This document shows positions 30,570 to 43,490 of a stretch of 64,000 nt of DNA, piece after piece. The first letter of the stretch is position 1; every line of letters begins with the position of its first letter. The translations under genes were made by a program, and so were the position numbers. Source of the stretch: Eledone cirrhosa. Taxonomy: Eukaryota. The notes beneath the pieces were generated by a model. It searched no databases. It saw only the letters and a program-made list of their open reading frames with translations, and was not told the origin of the DNA. Location of the stretch: positions 87,792,001 to 87,856,000 of the forward strand of contig OZ024741.1 of assembly GCA_964016885.1 (NCBI GenBank), in the 5' to 3' direction.

Positions 30570-31060
30570 AGACCTGCACCAACACTATTCTCTATCTTTT
30601 TTTCAGCCTGTCTAAGTTATGCATTGAAGGATGGCAATGCGGGAGTTGACTTGCGATTTCGGACACCTGACAAACATTTTAACTTACGTCTTTTTCACGC
30701 TAAATCAAAAACCTTTCAGGACATTATCCTTGAGCTGATGTATGCAGATGATGCTGATCTTGTTACAGACAATGATGAAAACAAGCAGGAAATAACAGAT
30801 AATTTTTCCATGGCTAAAATTAAATTAATGTTCACTCCTCCTCCAGGCGAGGCTCATATTGAACCAAAAATAACAGTTAATGGTACACGATTGAGTGTAG
30901 TAGATAGATTCACATATCTTGGAAGCATTATCAGTAAGATTGGATCACTTGATGCGGAAATTAATCAGAGAAAAAAATGCCACTTCAACATTTGGAAAAC
31001 TTTTGTAGAACAATCTGTTGTAGAACAATCTGTTGTTCTCAAAGTGGTCTGACCAGACAC
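30570..31060 (+). mobile_element. RTE-clade RT fragment
   Basis: APTLFSIFFS, ELMYADDADLV, FTYLGSII. Confidence 0.85.
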
Positions 31061-31497
31061 TGTAGTCAACATGACCAAAACCGCAATATTCGTTCTAAGT
31101 GTAGAAATCACGCGGCTCTGGGGTCGGTCTTAAAAGCCACTTAGGTGCGTATAATCGAGTACTTATCGATGACCTTTGAAGAAGTGACAATATTGTGAAA
31201 AGAATCACCAATCATCGTCCCCCCCCCCCCATATATGTTAGTTAAATGTGTAACAACAGTTACAGGCGGCGCATCGTTCGAAGCACTCGATGCTGTTACG
31301 AGGTTCGTTTCATTTGGGCTGTATTCCAGTGTTACGGCTGTAGTGTGAAGAAGGGTAATAGATATATAAGAGTCGAAGTCAGTGTTTCAGCATATGTACA
31401 TATTGTTTCGATATCGATCAGCTCAGGTACAATGAAGATGACGGGCCCCGACTCTTTTTCGACATCTCATCAGATATGTCTTTGCACATATAAGCTC

Positions 31498-31586
31498 GTA
31501 TATCTGATGAGATGTCGAAAATAATGCCAGGCCCCGTCACCTTGATTGTATCTGAACTGATCGATATCGAAACAATTGTAATATGC
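31498..31586 (+). ncRNA. Type I hammerhead ribozyme, family E (diverged inverted copy at 31391-31478)
   Basis: gtatat-CUGAUGA-gatgtcga[loop]tcgatatc-GAAA-CAAUUG-UA-atatgc; 8-bp stem II, palindromic stem III, GUA. Confidence 0.8.
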
Positions 31587-31640
31587 AAATAAAGTTTGTA
31601 CATATGCTGCAACAAGGACTAAACACACACACACACACAT

Positions 31641-31753
<113 letters not shown>

Positions 31754-31961
31754 CACCCACACACATACATAAACATACACATACACATTCACACACATGC
31801 ACACACTTATATATATATTTATATATATATTTATACTATAATGAATGTGTCTAAAAGCGACCATAAGTATGTATATATATGTGAAAATATATATAAATAA
31901 GTAAATATATATATATGTTTGATGTGTATAGTTAGATGTAAGTGCATTCATGTATTAAAGT

Positions 31962-32032
<71 letters not shown>

Positions 32033-32557
32033 TATATACACATAGACTGGAGTATGTGTGTATATATGTGTGTGTCTATACGTGTGTATATAAAGATAAG
32101 TTGAGTATGAAAATGTATACACATGAACGCGTATGTATGTACATGTATATATGTGTATATATATATGTATGCATGTGTATATGTATGTAAGTATGAGCAT
32201 GTAAGTATGTGTATGTGAGTATATGTACTTTGTAGAGGTGTGCATATATGTTTGTGTGTGAATGCGTGGGCGAAAGGATACGTACACTTGAAAGAAAAAT
32301 TTAAGTCTGAATGTTAATTAAGTGCAAACACAAAACCAACCACGCATATCTATACTATCTCTAATCCTTCTATAGATTTAGAAAAATAACCAATAATATA
32401 TTCTATAAAAATGTCAAAACAACAGATGGGAATCTAATTACTCACTGCCACCAAAAATTCTCACTGCTATCAAAAAACCACTCCCTCAACTATTCTTCTA
32501 ACAACTTCACCCCTCCCTCCTAATATTCTCTATAAAAACCAAACAGGTCCTCAGTAA

Positions 32558-32683
32558 AATTATTCTGATGAAATGACAGTTGATAATAACATTGAAATAT
32601 TGAATGTCTGCATAACTAATACTTTGTAGATAGCAGCTGTTTTCAGGTTATGTAACTGTTATAGAAACACGTGTCAATAAATT
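32558..32683 (+). ncRNA. Type I hammerhead ribozyme, family F (long stem II loop)
   Basis: aattatt-CUGAUGA-a-atgacagtt[~70 nt]aactgttat-a-GAAA-CACGUG-UC-aataaatt; GUC. Confidence 0.72.
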
Positions 32684-32787
32684 CCTTTTAACTAAACTGT
32701 ATCCATTAAAATCCTTCTATATATTTATATATATATATTAATATTAATTCAAAATATTAACAAAATAGATATTCTTGTGATCAATTA

Positions 32788-32854
32788 TATTTTTTTATAC
32801 ATATTTCAGAGGTACTGAATTAAGTTCAACAGTACATCCTCATCAGATAAAATA
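32788..32854 (-). ncRNA. Type I hammerhead ribozyme, family G (left arm)
   Basis: Reverse complement of 33751-33817 with a few substitutions. Confidence 0.72.
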
Positions 32855-33750
32855 AAATGATACATGACATACCCTGACATGGTAGATGGTTAAGATTTAA
32901 TCAAGGTAGTGATTAACTTATGACAAAACTCAATATTTATACCCTAATATTGAGAGCATGAGAAAACGTAATACAAACAATAGAGAGGCTGCGAGTAATA
33001 TATTTTAAGAAATACATGGCATCAATATAATAGTTATAAAATTTTTAATTTTTAAAAACTACTAGAGAAAGAGGAGGGAAAGGAAAGCATAGAGGAAGAA
33101 ACGGCTAATGTGATAACATATTTAGTAGGTGGTTTGAGAAGACAGATGAAAGATGATTAAAGAGAGAGAGAGAGACAAAGGGGAGTAATTTATGTTCAAG
33201 TTTCTATACACAGAGATTTCCATATAATATAGCTGGTGGTTAATTTTCAAAATATTTAATTTATGTTATTTCATGGTAAAGAATCATATTTTAGGTTTTA
33301 AAAGTTAATAGGTATTTGTATTAATATTATAATATAATATGTTAAATTTCTAGAATTCAAATTTTATGAAAACAAATTTAAAGGATTTACGAAACACGAG
33401 AAAGAAAAAATATATATATAATGTTGTATATCCCCACGAAGGTAATCTTTACCAAAATTACTTATAATATTGACAACAGTTTCTATAATATAATTTATAA
33501 GATAATTATAGTTATAATTATTAAAGAATTTATTGTTAAATAGTTTGAGTGCCTAAAATATCAACCTGCCTTATAATTAAACTTAAAGAAGTCAGAATTT
33601 TCAACTATATATATGTATTGATCATAATATACCAAGATTATAGTTTATTATTTGTTCATAGGGTATAAATATTGAGTTTTGTCATAAGTTAATCACTACC
33701 TTGATTAACTCTTAACCATCTACCATGTGAGGGTATGTCATGTATCATTT

Positions 33751-33817
33751 TATTTTATCTGATGAGGACGTACTGTTGAACTTAATTCAGTACCTCTGAA
33801 ATATGTATAATAAAATA
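33751..33817 (+). ncRNA. Type I hammerhead ribozyme, family G (right arm)
   Basis: tattttat-CUGAUGA-gga.gtactg..cagtac.tct-GAAA-UAUGUA-UA-ataaaata. Confidence 0.8.
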
Positions 33818-33955
33818 TAATTGATCACAAGAATATCTATTTTGTTAATATTTTGAATTAACATTAATAACTCTGGAAAACCTTTTTCTGTAGAGTGCTT
33901 CCAATCTATTGTAAACCTCATTCTTTCATGTATTCATTGAATCTTGTTTAACTCT

Positions 33956-33998
<43 letters not shown>

Positions 33999-34943
33999 CT
34001 CAACCTATATAAAATTCAACTATAAAAACGCAAATTACACGAAGTTCAACTTAACATAAAACTCGATTACTTCGCTCAAATGTAGCAATTTCTAACGAGT
34101 TTTTTTTTGCATTTAGCCATTGTGCGTTTTTAATTAACTTAATCATGTTTCCTATTTCTAGTTTAATTTCAACTGTCGTCACTTCGTTACGTGATATCAT
34201 GAATCTGTAGTTAATTAAAGGAATATAAAATAATGTAAGGTGAAGAGGTGGGATAGAGTTGGGAAAACACTCAATGCTTTAAAGAGAATATGATAAGATA
34301 AATATAATTTTAATCCCAATTAAAAAGTTAATCCCAATGCTAGCAAATTTGGGGTAAGGGCAAACTGATTAAATCAACCCAGAAACTTTCGGATATAACA
34401 CCTAGTAACAATATGCAAATTAATGAGCCACGAAGGGTAATCCATGAGGTTACTCCTCCTGTCAGAAGTAACAGCTAAAACCATCTTAATATAAAATAAT
34501 TGACATACTTTGTGTCGAAAAATAAGTAGGTTTGCTCAATCAGAACTGACGTGAGGGCTAAACGACAACAACATGCATACTTAATAACTAATAGATCGGC
34601 TTTGTTGCGGTCAAATCTAATGCAGCACCCAGTTTAACACCAACGCATACTGTTTTAAGCATGGTAAAAAAATTAATTTTTAAAATACTTGATGATTATC
34701 ACTATTTTTAATACCATAGGCTGCTAGGAATTTAGCCCTGAAAAAATTGGATAAAAGAAATTAATAGTTTTACTTTTGGTAGGTGACATTTTTATACGCA
34801 AAATGAGTATTTAAAAATTTCCATTTTCCATATCTTTTTATCTTTATATACAATTTAAACAATATTTTTTTATTGAATCTATTTCACTGTGATACATATA
34901 TATATTATTATTATGCGTGTAAAATAGTATATATATGTATCAC

Positions 34944-35146
34944 AGGGCGGAGGTTTGGCAGTATCGGTAGAGCGTCAGATACCATGCTTTGCAGCATAGA
35001 GTTACGGCCCTTTATGATCTGAGTTCAAATCCCGCCGAGGTTAACTTTATGATCTGAGTTCAAATCCCGCCGGGGTCGATAGAATAAAGTACCAGTATAA
35101 CACTGGGATAATAGGTGGCCTTGTGCCAAAAGTAGAAACAATTATT
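34944..35146 (+). mobile_element. Meta-core-like tRNA SINE with internal duplication
   Basis: Same family as 9471; ctttatgatctgagttcaaatcccgccg is duplicated. Confidence 0.85.
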
Positions 35147-35561
35147 ATGCGTGTAAAATAAAATAAGATAATTTTATTTAATTTGGAATTGTAAACTTTG
35201 ATTGGCTTAAAGAAAACTACTGATTTTTATGCTACTCCGCTACCTAAAAAGTTGGTATTCCGAGCAGTTCCAAAAGAATGGAATATAATTTTGAATAAAT
35301 ATGATTGATAAAAATTTATAATACCATACCTTTTGCAACCTTTTTAATGATCCTAAATTGTTGCTGTTACCAGTTAAAATTGGTGTAATGTTATTCAGAC
35401 ATATTTAAATCTTTTTTCAAATTCCAGAATTAACAACTTAATTATGCATAATGTATAAATACTATGTCGTCTCATTTAAAATTTCAAAATAAAATTTTTA
35501 TTAAAAAAAAATACGAGATGTCAGTATCGACAGTAAAAATTGCATAATACTCAATCCTTAT

Positions 35562-35752
35562 ATAATTGTTTCCACTTTTGGCACAAGGCCATCAATTATC
35601 CAGTACATTACTAGTACTTTATTTTATCGACCCCGTAAGGATGAAAGGCAAAGTTAAGCTCGGCGGGATTTGAACTCAGACCGTAAAGGGACGTAACTAT
35701 GCTGGAAAGCATGGCGTCCGACCCTCTACCGATACTGACAATCCACCGCCCT
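35562..35752 (-). mobile_element. Meta-core-like tRNA SINE
   Basis: Full copy; TSD ccttatataat at 35556-35566 and 35750-35760. Confidence 0.9.
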
Positions 35753-35999
35753 TATATAATGCTAACACTTTCCTTATGTTCTGTTAGTTTTTGCTTTAAA
35801 ACAAAATTTTGAAGAAATGAAATACATTGACTTGTTCAACTTCTTGAGAAAAAGCAAATGGAAAATATCTTGCAAGAATGGTTTAATAGAGTTCTTATTG
35901 GATAAAATTGGCTTTGACGATGCGAAAATATTTTAAAATACTCTGAAAACAAAATGACAACAAAACAAAAGAACCGAGGCAAAGTTTATAAAAGAGGAA

Positions 36000-36480
36000 G
36001 ATAATAGGTTGGAAAAAAACTTTGAAATTTTTTGTACCAATACGAGCAATTCTGAGGGACTTTTACATTACGAAAACGGTAGGAGTGAACTTTCATTTGA
36101 GGATTCTTCTGATCATACTCAATGTAAAAATATGACAAAATTGGCTAAAAATGAAACTCTTACAATATTACTAAGGGCATTTATTAAATCTAGAAAAGAT
36201 GAATATATGTTTAACATTTAGTACTGCTTTTAAACTTTCAAAACTTTATCTGAAGACCTTCATGTGAAATATTCTAATATAGAAGCCTTAAAAATAATCT
36301 TAAGTGCTAAGGCAACTATCTGTCAATACAAGGCTCTTTACAATAGTAAGAAAAATATTTTTTCATATTATAATAACATTTTAGAAATAAAAAAAAAATT
36401 ATGTTATCCTATATATTTAACTATCAATGAATCATCTGCATCTATTGATCCGATTGACCAAATTTGGTGTAGCTAGGATT
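36000..36480 (+). pseudogene. Transib-like transposase relic (N-terminal region)
   Basis: EALKIILSAKATICQYKAL...YNNILEIKKKLCYP..LTINESSASID resembles Transib transposases from recall; stop codons present. Confidence 0.45.
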
Positions 36481-36649
36481 TTAAATATAAAGATAGTGAA
36501 ACAACAAATATTTTAAATATGGTGGAGGTGGAATGTGTGTTGATTCTTTATATAAATAAAAAGCTGAATCGGATGATTTTTTTTCAGACTTACATCTTTT
36601 CTCTTGTATGCTTGTTAGGGTAATGTATTTTAATCAAAAATCTAACCCC

Positions 36650-36726
<77 letters not shown>

Positions 36727-36745
36727 TCACACGCGCGCACACACA

Positions 36746-36836
<91 letters not shown>

Positions 36837-36865
36837 GCGCACATATATATATACATATATATTTA

Positions 36866-39188
36866 TTTATTAAAATAACAGATTAAAGTTTAAGCAAAGA
36901 ATCGCTGCTTTCACCCTTAACGGGATCTTCTGAAACTAAAAAAATCAATCTGTGAACGCAGAAGTAAATATTTCAAAAAACGTTGCAACCGAAGGAAGAC
37001 AGGAAGACGTTACTTTGGTTCGTGGAAACGTTCCCTGGCAAAGAACGAAAAAAAAAACGAAGATAATACGTCATTATTTGGAGCGGTGAAAACAATGACA
37101 CGCAAAGACAAAACCACGTTCATGGTATAAATGAAGTCGTAGACTAAAATTCTATTTAGGAAACCGAATGATTCTCGGCTTCAGAGTTAAGAATAATGTA
37201 AATAAATTACAGAGGTTATTGAAATCAACAATATTTAAAAATATAGATGCACGCATCCATATACGTACATACACATACATACGCGGAAACACCCGCCATG
37301 GGTTTACCCTGAAGGATCACAAATCCAATTTTCCGAACAACCCCTCTATTCGGCTTATTAACCCTACGAAGTCCGATTTAGGTATACTTAGTAAAAGGAT
37401 TTTAGATAGAATTATACCTAAAATTAGAAGCTTGGCCCCTCTTGCACTGTGGAACAATTCTTTCGCGGTGATTGATTGGTTCAACGGCATATGCAACAAG
37501 GAACATTGCCGTTTTATTCAATTCAACATCAATAATTACTACTCCTCTATCACTTTACCACTCCTTCTCAGAGCTATCAATTTCGTTAAAACGCTCACGG
37601 TGGTTAAGGATTTCGAAGTTGATGTCATCCTCAATGCCCGTAAGTCGGTGATTAATTTCGACAACTCTATTTGGATTAAAAAATCTAATAGTACCCCATT
37701 CGACGTGAGTATGGGCGCCAGCGATTCTGCGGAGGTTACTGATCTTATCGGCCTTTTCCTTCTTTTCTCTATCAAGGAAGAATTCCCCAACGTGGGCGGT
37801 GGTTTGTACCGTGATGACGGTCTTTTGACCATGACAAAGTGCGGCCCACGAGCTTGCGACAGGTTCAAAAAAGAACTCACAGCCTTCTTTAAAGGCTTCA
37901 ACCTTTCCATACAGGTTGAGGCCAACCTCTCGGTCGTTAATTACCTCGATGTTACCCTCAATTTGTCGAATGGCTTGCACTACCCGTATAAAAAGCCGAA
38001 TGATACGCTTAATTACATAAACAAGCATTCTAACCATCCTACCAGCATAACCAAGAACCTGGTAAGAAACGTTTCTTTGAGGCTTTCCCGTCTATCTACA
38101 AACGAGCATATTTTCACCGACCATTCAACATATTACAATGAAGCTCTTGCTCGGAGTGGATTTGTCGATAAGGTAGCATATACCGAGTATGAGCATAGAC
38201 CTAGAAAAATAGATTCCGACGCATTATATGGTATAACTCACCATATAATATGGAGATGGCCACACCATTAGCTAAGATCTTTCTCTCCCTTATTATGAAG
38301 CATTTCCCCCCAGCACATAAATATAATAAAATTTTAATAGAAATACCATTAAAATTTCTTACTCTACGACTCCTACCTTGCACATAACATCACAGCTTCA
38401 AAGTTAGCTAAATTACCTAGTCGTAGGAACACGTGCAACCCTGTAACTAGTACTAACTGTAATTGTAGGAATCGAGTTGACTGCCCCCTATCCGGGAAAT
38501 GCCTCTCTAGTAACATTGTCTACAAATGTAAGGCTGAGACACCCACGTCCCGTAGGGCCTGCATAGGGTTAACCGCCAATAGATTCAAGCAGCGTCTTTA
38601 CATGCATACCCATTCTTTTCTTAACCCTTTAAAAAGGAATATGACGTCACTTTCAGCTTATGTCTGGAATCTAAAAGACAACCACACCCAATATAGGTTA
38701 CACTGGGAGTTCCTAGCTAAGGCTAGATCGTATACCGGAAATAAAAAACCATGTGACCTCTGCGCCGCCGAAGCCGTGTAAATACTCTACGTCAATGACG
38801 ACATCTTAAACAAAAAACATAAATTGCACAAAACTTTCCTGTATTACTTTATACCCTAACGGATAGTACGAACTATACGCGGATGATTTACGTCTTGATG
38901 TGGTAGCTAAGTATATTTTATGTTTATACCAATACTTATTTGTATAGGTAAGTATATATTACCTGTATGTTTTGTGAAGGTACGTATACTTTCTCGTACG
39001 TATATTTGCTTGTATTTGTTATAGGCATATATATTATATTATATATACTGGTACATGTGCATATGGTTATGTGTATACGTGAGCTTTGCGTTTGTGTGTG
39101 TATGCGAGTTTGCACATATGTAGGGTGTGTGCATGTGTACTTTGTGTTTTGGTTGACGTACGTTTAGCGAACATATGTGTATCTACAT

Positions 39189-39219
<31 letters not shown>

Positions 39220-40117
39220 CGTTATATACGTATTTATGTGTGCATATTTATATACGTTTATATAATTATATGTATACGCGCACACTTACACATGTATATA
39301 TATATATATATATATTTTATATATATATTTTTTTTTTATATATATGTTTTATGTGTATTTGGTGTATACGTTCGTATGTGTGCGGGTACAGGCGTTGCGT
39401 GGGTTTTTATATGTGTGCGCGAAGGTTTTGTGTACGTGCCTGTATTTGCATATCCATGGCGGGTGTTTCCGCGTATGCATGTGTATGTACGTATATGGAT
39501 GCGTGCATCTATATCTTTAATTATTGTTGATTTCAATAACCTCTGTGATTTATTTACATTATTCTTAACTCTGAAGCCGAGAATCATTCGGTTTCCTAAA
39601 TAGAATTTTAGTCTACGACTTCAGTTATACCATAAACGTGGTTTTGTCTTTGCGTATAATTGTTCTCAACGTTCCACATAAGAACGTATTATCTTCGTTT
39701 ATTCCGTTCATTGCCAGGGAGCGTCTTCACGAACCACCTAATATAATATTAGTCTACGACTTCATTTATACCATGAACGTGGTTTTGTTTTTGCGTGTCA
39801 TTGTTTTCACCGCTCCAAATAATGACGTATTAACTTCGTTTTTTTTTTTCGTTCTTTGCCAGGGAACGTTTCCACGAACCAAAATATCGTCTTCCTGTCT
39901 TCCTTCGGTTGCAACGTTTTCCGAAATATTTACTTCTGCGTTCACAGATTGATTTTTTTAGTTTCAGAAGATCCCGTTAAGGGTGAAAGCAGCGATTCTT
40001 TGCTTAAACTTTAATCTGTTATTTTAATAAATATTTGCTCTACGGTTCTTATATATTCGATATATATTTATCCTTATCGAGCCCTCTTTGGATTTTAGTC
40101 TTCAAATTTATTTTTAT

Positions 40118-40120
<3 letters not shown>
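36866..40120 (+). mobile_element. Penelope-like element (Naiad-like): inverted partial pLTR + 5'-truncated RT/GIY-YIG + 3' pLTR
   Basis: RT from ~37303 (FTLKDHK, MGASDS, LYRDDGL, YLDVTL, SNHP); frameshifted GIY-YIG at ~38430-38850 (CNCRNRVDCPL); 36866-37302 is the reverse complement of ~39455-40030; microsatellite flanks. Confidence 0.93.
39944..40019 (+). ncRNA. pLTR hammerhead-like motif, family H (CAGAAGA core); other copies at 36878-36953(-), 43075-43150(+), 60915-60990(-)
   Basis: acagattga..agttt-CAGAAGA-tccc gttaa gggt-GAAA-gca..tgc-UU-aaact-ttaatctgt; all three stems pair. Confidence 0.7.
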
Positions 40121-40201
<81 letters not shown>

Positions 40202-40369
40202 TCACACATATACATACACATAAACAAACACAATGTAAACACCGGCTGATTATTCTCATTTGCCGACTTAAAAAAATAAAATTTGTTTCCGTTCATAACA
40301 TCGTGGATACCTTGTTTTCTTTCAGCTACCGTTGGAACAAAAGGATGACGTTGGTCATCAAGCAATTGG

Positions 40370-40550
40370 TGTTTATGAGGCCGAGCGTCAGACACTATGC
40401 TTTTCAGCATAGAGTTAGGTCCCTTTACGTTCTGAGTTCAAATCCCACCCAGTTTAACTTTACCTTTCATCCTTACGAGGTCGATCAAATAAAGTACCAG
40501 TAATGCACTGGGGTAATTGCTGGCCTTGTGCCAAAAGTAGAAACTATTAT
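40370..40550 (+). mobile_element. Meta-core-like tRNA SINE
   Basis: Family core and tail present. Confidence 0.8.
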
Positions 40551-41431
40551 TATTCACTCACGAATACATTTAGGTATCCGCCATGTTAAGAGCGAAAAGA
40601 AATGTTGCTATATATATATATATATCACATCCGATATATATATATATCACATCTGATATAGGCTACACTGGGAAATCCTAGCTAAAGCTAGATCATATAA
40701 TGGAAACAAAAGGCCATATATGCGTATATGTATGTATATGTGTGTGTATATGCGTATATATATGCATGTATGTATATGTACGTGTACACGTGTTTATGCG
40801 CATGTGTGTGTATGTGTATATGTATGTGTCTGTATATACGTATTTATATGCGCGTATATATATATATATGTAGGTACGCATGTATGTGTATATATATATA
40901 TATGTATATGTATATAAATACGTATGTATATCTATATATATATATATATATATATATAAATATATATATATATCATCGGATGCTTCCGAAGCCGCAGGTG
41001 TTGTGACAGCGATTGGGGGCCTTTCACTCCCAGGTGAAAAAAAAAGTGCTATTTGGATGGCCGTTGACTCTGTTGAGTTGCTCCGCCCTTTGCCGGGTCT
41101 TGTATTTCATCCCACAGGGTGTCCAAATATCACCCTCCTCACCAAGCAAGCTTGGTGGGTTGCTGGATTAGTCGCCGACGACCCGACCATGAGACAGGTT
41201 GTACTGGGTTACATGTTACCAGTTCTCCTTTTCAGAAAGTGGGATTGGTCGAGTGCAAGGCCTTTCCCCATTTAAAAACCCTTCAAAGCACAGGCATTGC
41301 TTGTTCAGGTTATCTTACAGGTTCAGGTGTCTGGCCGTAGCCTAAACGTGTACCATTTTCTGTAATCTGACAAGCGATTGCAATACTCTTAGCAGACTTT
41401 GCAGCTATCATGCACACACACACACACACAC

Positions 41432-41502
<71 letters not shown>

Positions 41503-41558
41503 AAATAATTAAGTCAAATATGTAAAATTTGGCTTCGTTTATTATAAATTATAGATAT

Positions 41559-41613
41559 ACTGCTATATATATTTCGGTGACAGCCTTCATTGGCTGTGAC
41601 GTCTTCAGGCAGT
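41559..41613 (-). ncRNA. Type I hammerhead ribozyme, family I (left arm)
   Basis: actgc-CUGAAGA-cgtcacagcc..ggctgtcacc-GAAA-UAUAUA-UA-gcagt. Confidence 0.75.
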
Positions 41614-41759
41614 CCGAATTGGTGTGGGAAAGACAGGTACACATGTTGTTGAAGTTTGTTTTACTCCGTCAATACATCGATATGTCCAGCTCCTGGTTGT
41701 GTTTTTATTTCTCTGAGGAACTGGAATCATGTGTACCTGTCTTTCCCACACCAATTCGG

Positions 41760-41814
41760 ACTGCCTGAAGAGGTCACAGCCAATGATGGCTGTCACCGAA
41801 ATATATATAGCAGT
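41760..41814 (+). ncRNA. Type I hammerhead ribozyme, family I (right arm)
   Basis: actgc-CUGAAGA-ggtcacagcca atga tggctgtcacc-GAAA-UAUAUA-UA-gcagt; perfect stem I. Confidence 0.85.
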
Positions 41815-42400
41815 ACATCTATAATTTATAATAAACGAAGCCAAATTTTACATATTTGACTTAATTATTTTACATTACTCCGGAGTAAACAAACCAACCT
41901 GCGTATTTCGTCGAGTGCTCCAATCTGCATACTGAGGTGTCGGTGAACAACCAACATATACTAAAAAAAAAAAATATATATATATATATATACATTCAGC
42001 TAACGCCATCCCACTCCCACAATTAAAAGAACTGCTTCGACCTTTGCTTGACCGCCCTATTCCGCGCGCATGTGCGATCTGCAGAATACCTCAGTTAGTC
42101 ACAAACAGCGAACAGCAGAGGACACGTACCGTTCCTCTCCGACAGATAACTCCCCCCCCCCCCGGAAAACCCCCAGTTGATGGATGTGAATCCGAAATAT
42201 AGGGACAATTAAATCTCTCCCAAGGTAACTCTATCTCGTGTTATTATTTTTATTTTTTACGCTCTTTCCTACGTTCCTCTACACACTATACATCTCATTC
42301 TACATTTCCTTACACCTCTCTCTTCACCACCGGATCCTGTTACCCGGAGACTTACCCATCTGCATAGTTGAGGCTTCCAAAACGACCAAAAGAAAATATA

Positions 42401-42537
<137 letters not shown>

Positions 42538-42649
42538 ATGTATATATATATATATATGTATATTTGTGTGTTCGTATGTGTATATATGCGTTGGCGCATA
42601 CTTATGCACAGGCCTAAATCTTAACTATACTTTAATGTTCTCATCCTTA

Positions 42650-42835
42650 TTTACTGGCAGTATTGATAGAGGGTCAGACACCATGCTTTGACGCATAGAG
42701 TTACGGCCCTTGCCATTCTGAGTTCAAATCCCGCCGAGGTTAATTTGCCTTTCATCCTTACGGGGTCGATAAAATAAAGTACCAGTAATGTACTGGATAA
42801 TTGCTGGCCTTGTGCCAATAGTAGAAACAATTATT
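42650..42835 (+). mobile_element. Meta-core-like tRNA SINE
   Basis: Family core and tail present. Confidence 0.85.
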
Positions 42836-42839
42836 TACT

Positions 42840-43240
42840 TTATTAATAACCTGTCATTTTCGTTTAATAATTTTATTTACATTATTCTCAAACTCCCTTT
42901 ATACCATAAATGTGTTTTTCTTTTTGCAAGAAATCGTTCTTCTAGCTCCACATAACGACGTAATTATCCTCGCTTTTTCCCGTTCATTGCCAGGGAACGT
43001 CTTCACGAACCAAGGTATTGTCTTCCTGTTTTCCTTCTGTTGTAACGTTTTTCTAAATATTTAGTTCTGCGTCCACAGATTGATTTTTTTAGGTTCAGAA
43101 GATCCCGTTAAGGGTGAAAGCAGCGACTCTTTGCTTAAACTTTAATCTGTTCTTATAATAAATATTTGCTCTACGGCTTTACATATATGTATTATATATA
43201 TATAATCCCTATCGAACCCTCTTAGTCTTCACATTTATTA

Positions 43241-43245
<5 letters not shown>
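42840..43245 (+). mobile_element. Solo diverged PLE pLTR fragment
   Basis: Homologous to 39530-40120, includes the family H HHR, ends in (AT)n. Confidence 0.8.
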
Positions 43246-43295
<50 letters not shown>

Positions 43296-43325
43296 AGATC
43301 AAAAGATGGTTAAAAGAATTCCAAG

Positions 43326-43401
43326 TATTTTATTATGCGCATTTCAAAAACAAATATCATCGTGGGATGATATCTGCGTTCTCATCAGATCAGATAAAAT
43401 A
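43326..43401 (-). ncRNA. Hammerhead family A copy
   Basis: CUGAUGA-gaacgcagatatcatc ccac gatgatatttgtttt-GAAA-UGCGCA-UA-ataaaata; a 5-nt duplication disturbs stem I. Confidence 0.65.
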
Positions 43402-43454
43402 GTGAGACATGATATGAAGCTTAAAAAACACTTGTGAGCAGTGAAGTTTTAAAT

Positions 43455-43490
<36 letters not shown>

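Noticed and set aside
37168-37302. N-terminus of the 367-aa ORF
   Set aside because: Translation of the inverted pLTR, fused by chance to the RT frame
42170-42204. Degenerate minimal hammerhead (CAGTTGA..ggat/atcc..GAAATATAggg)
   Set aside because: Two core mismatches and a single copy; insufficient support
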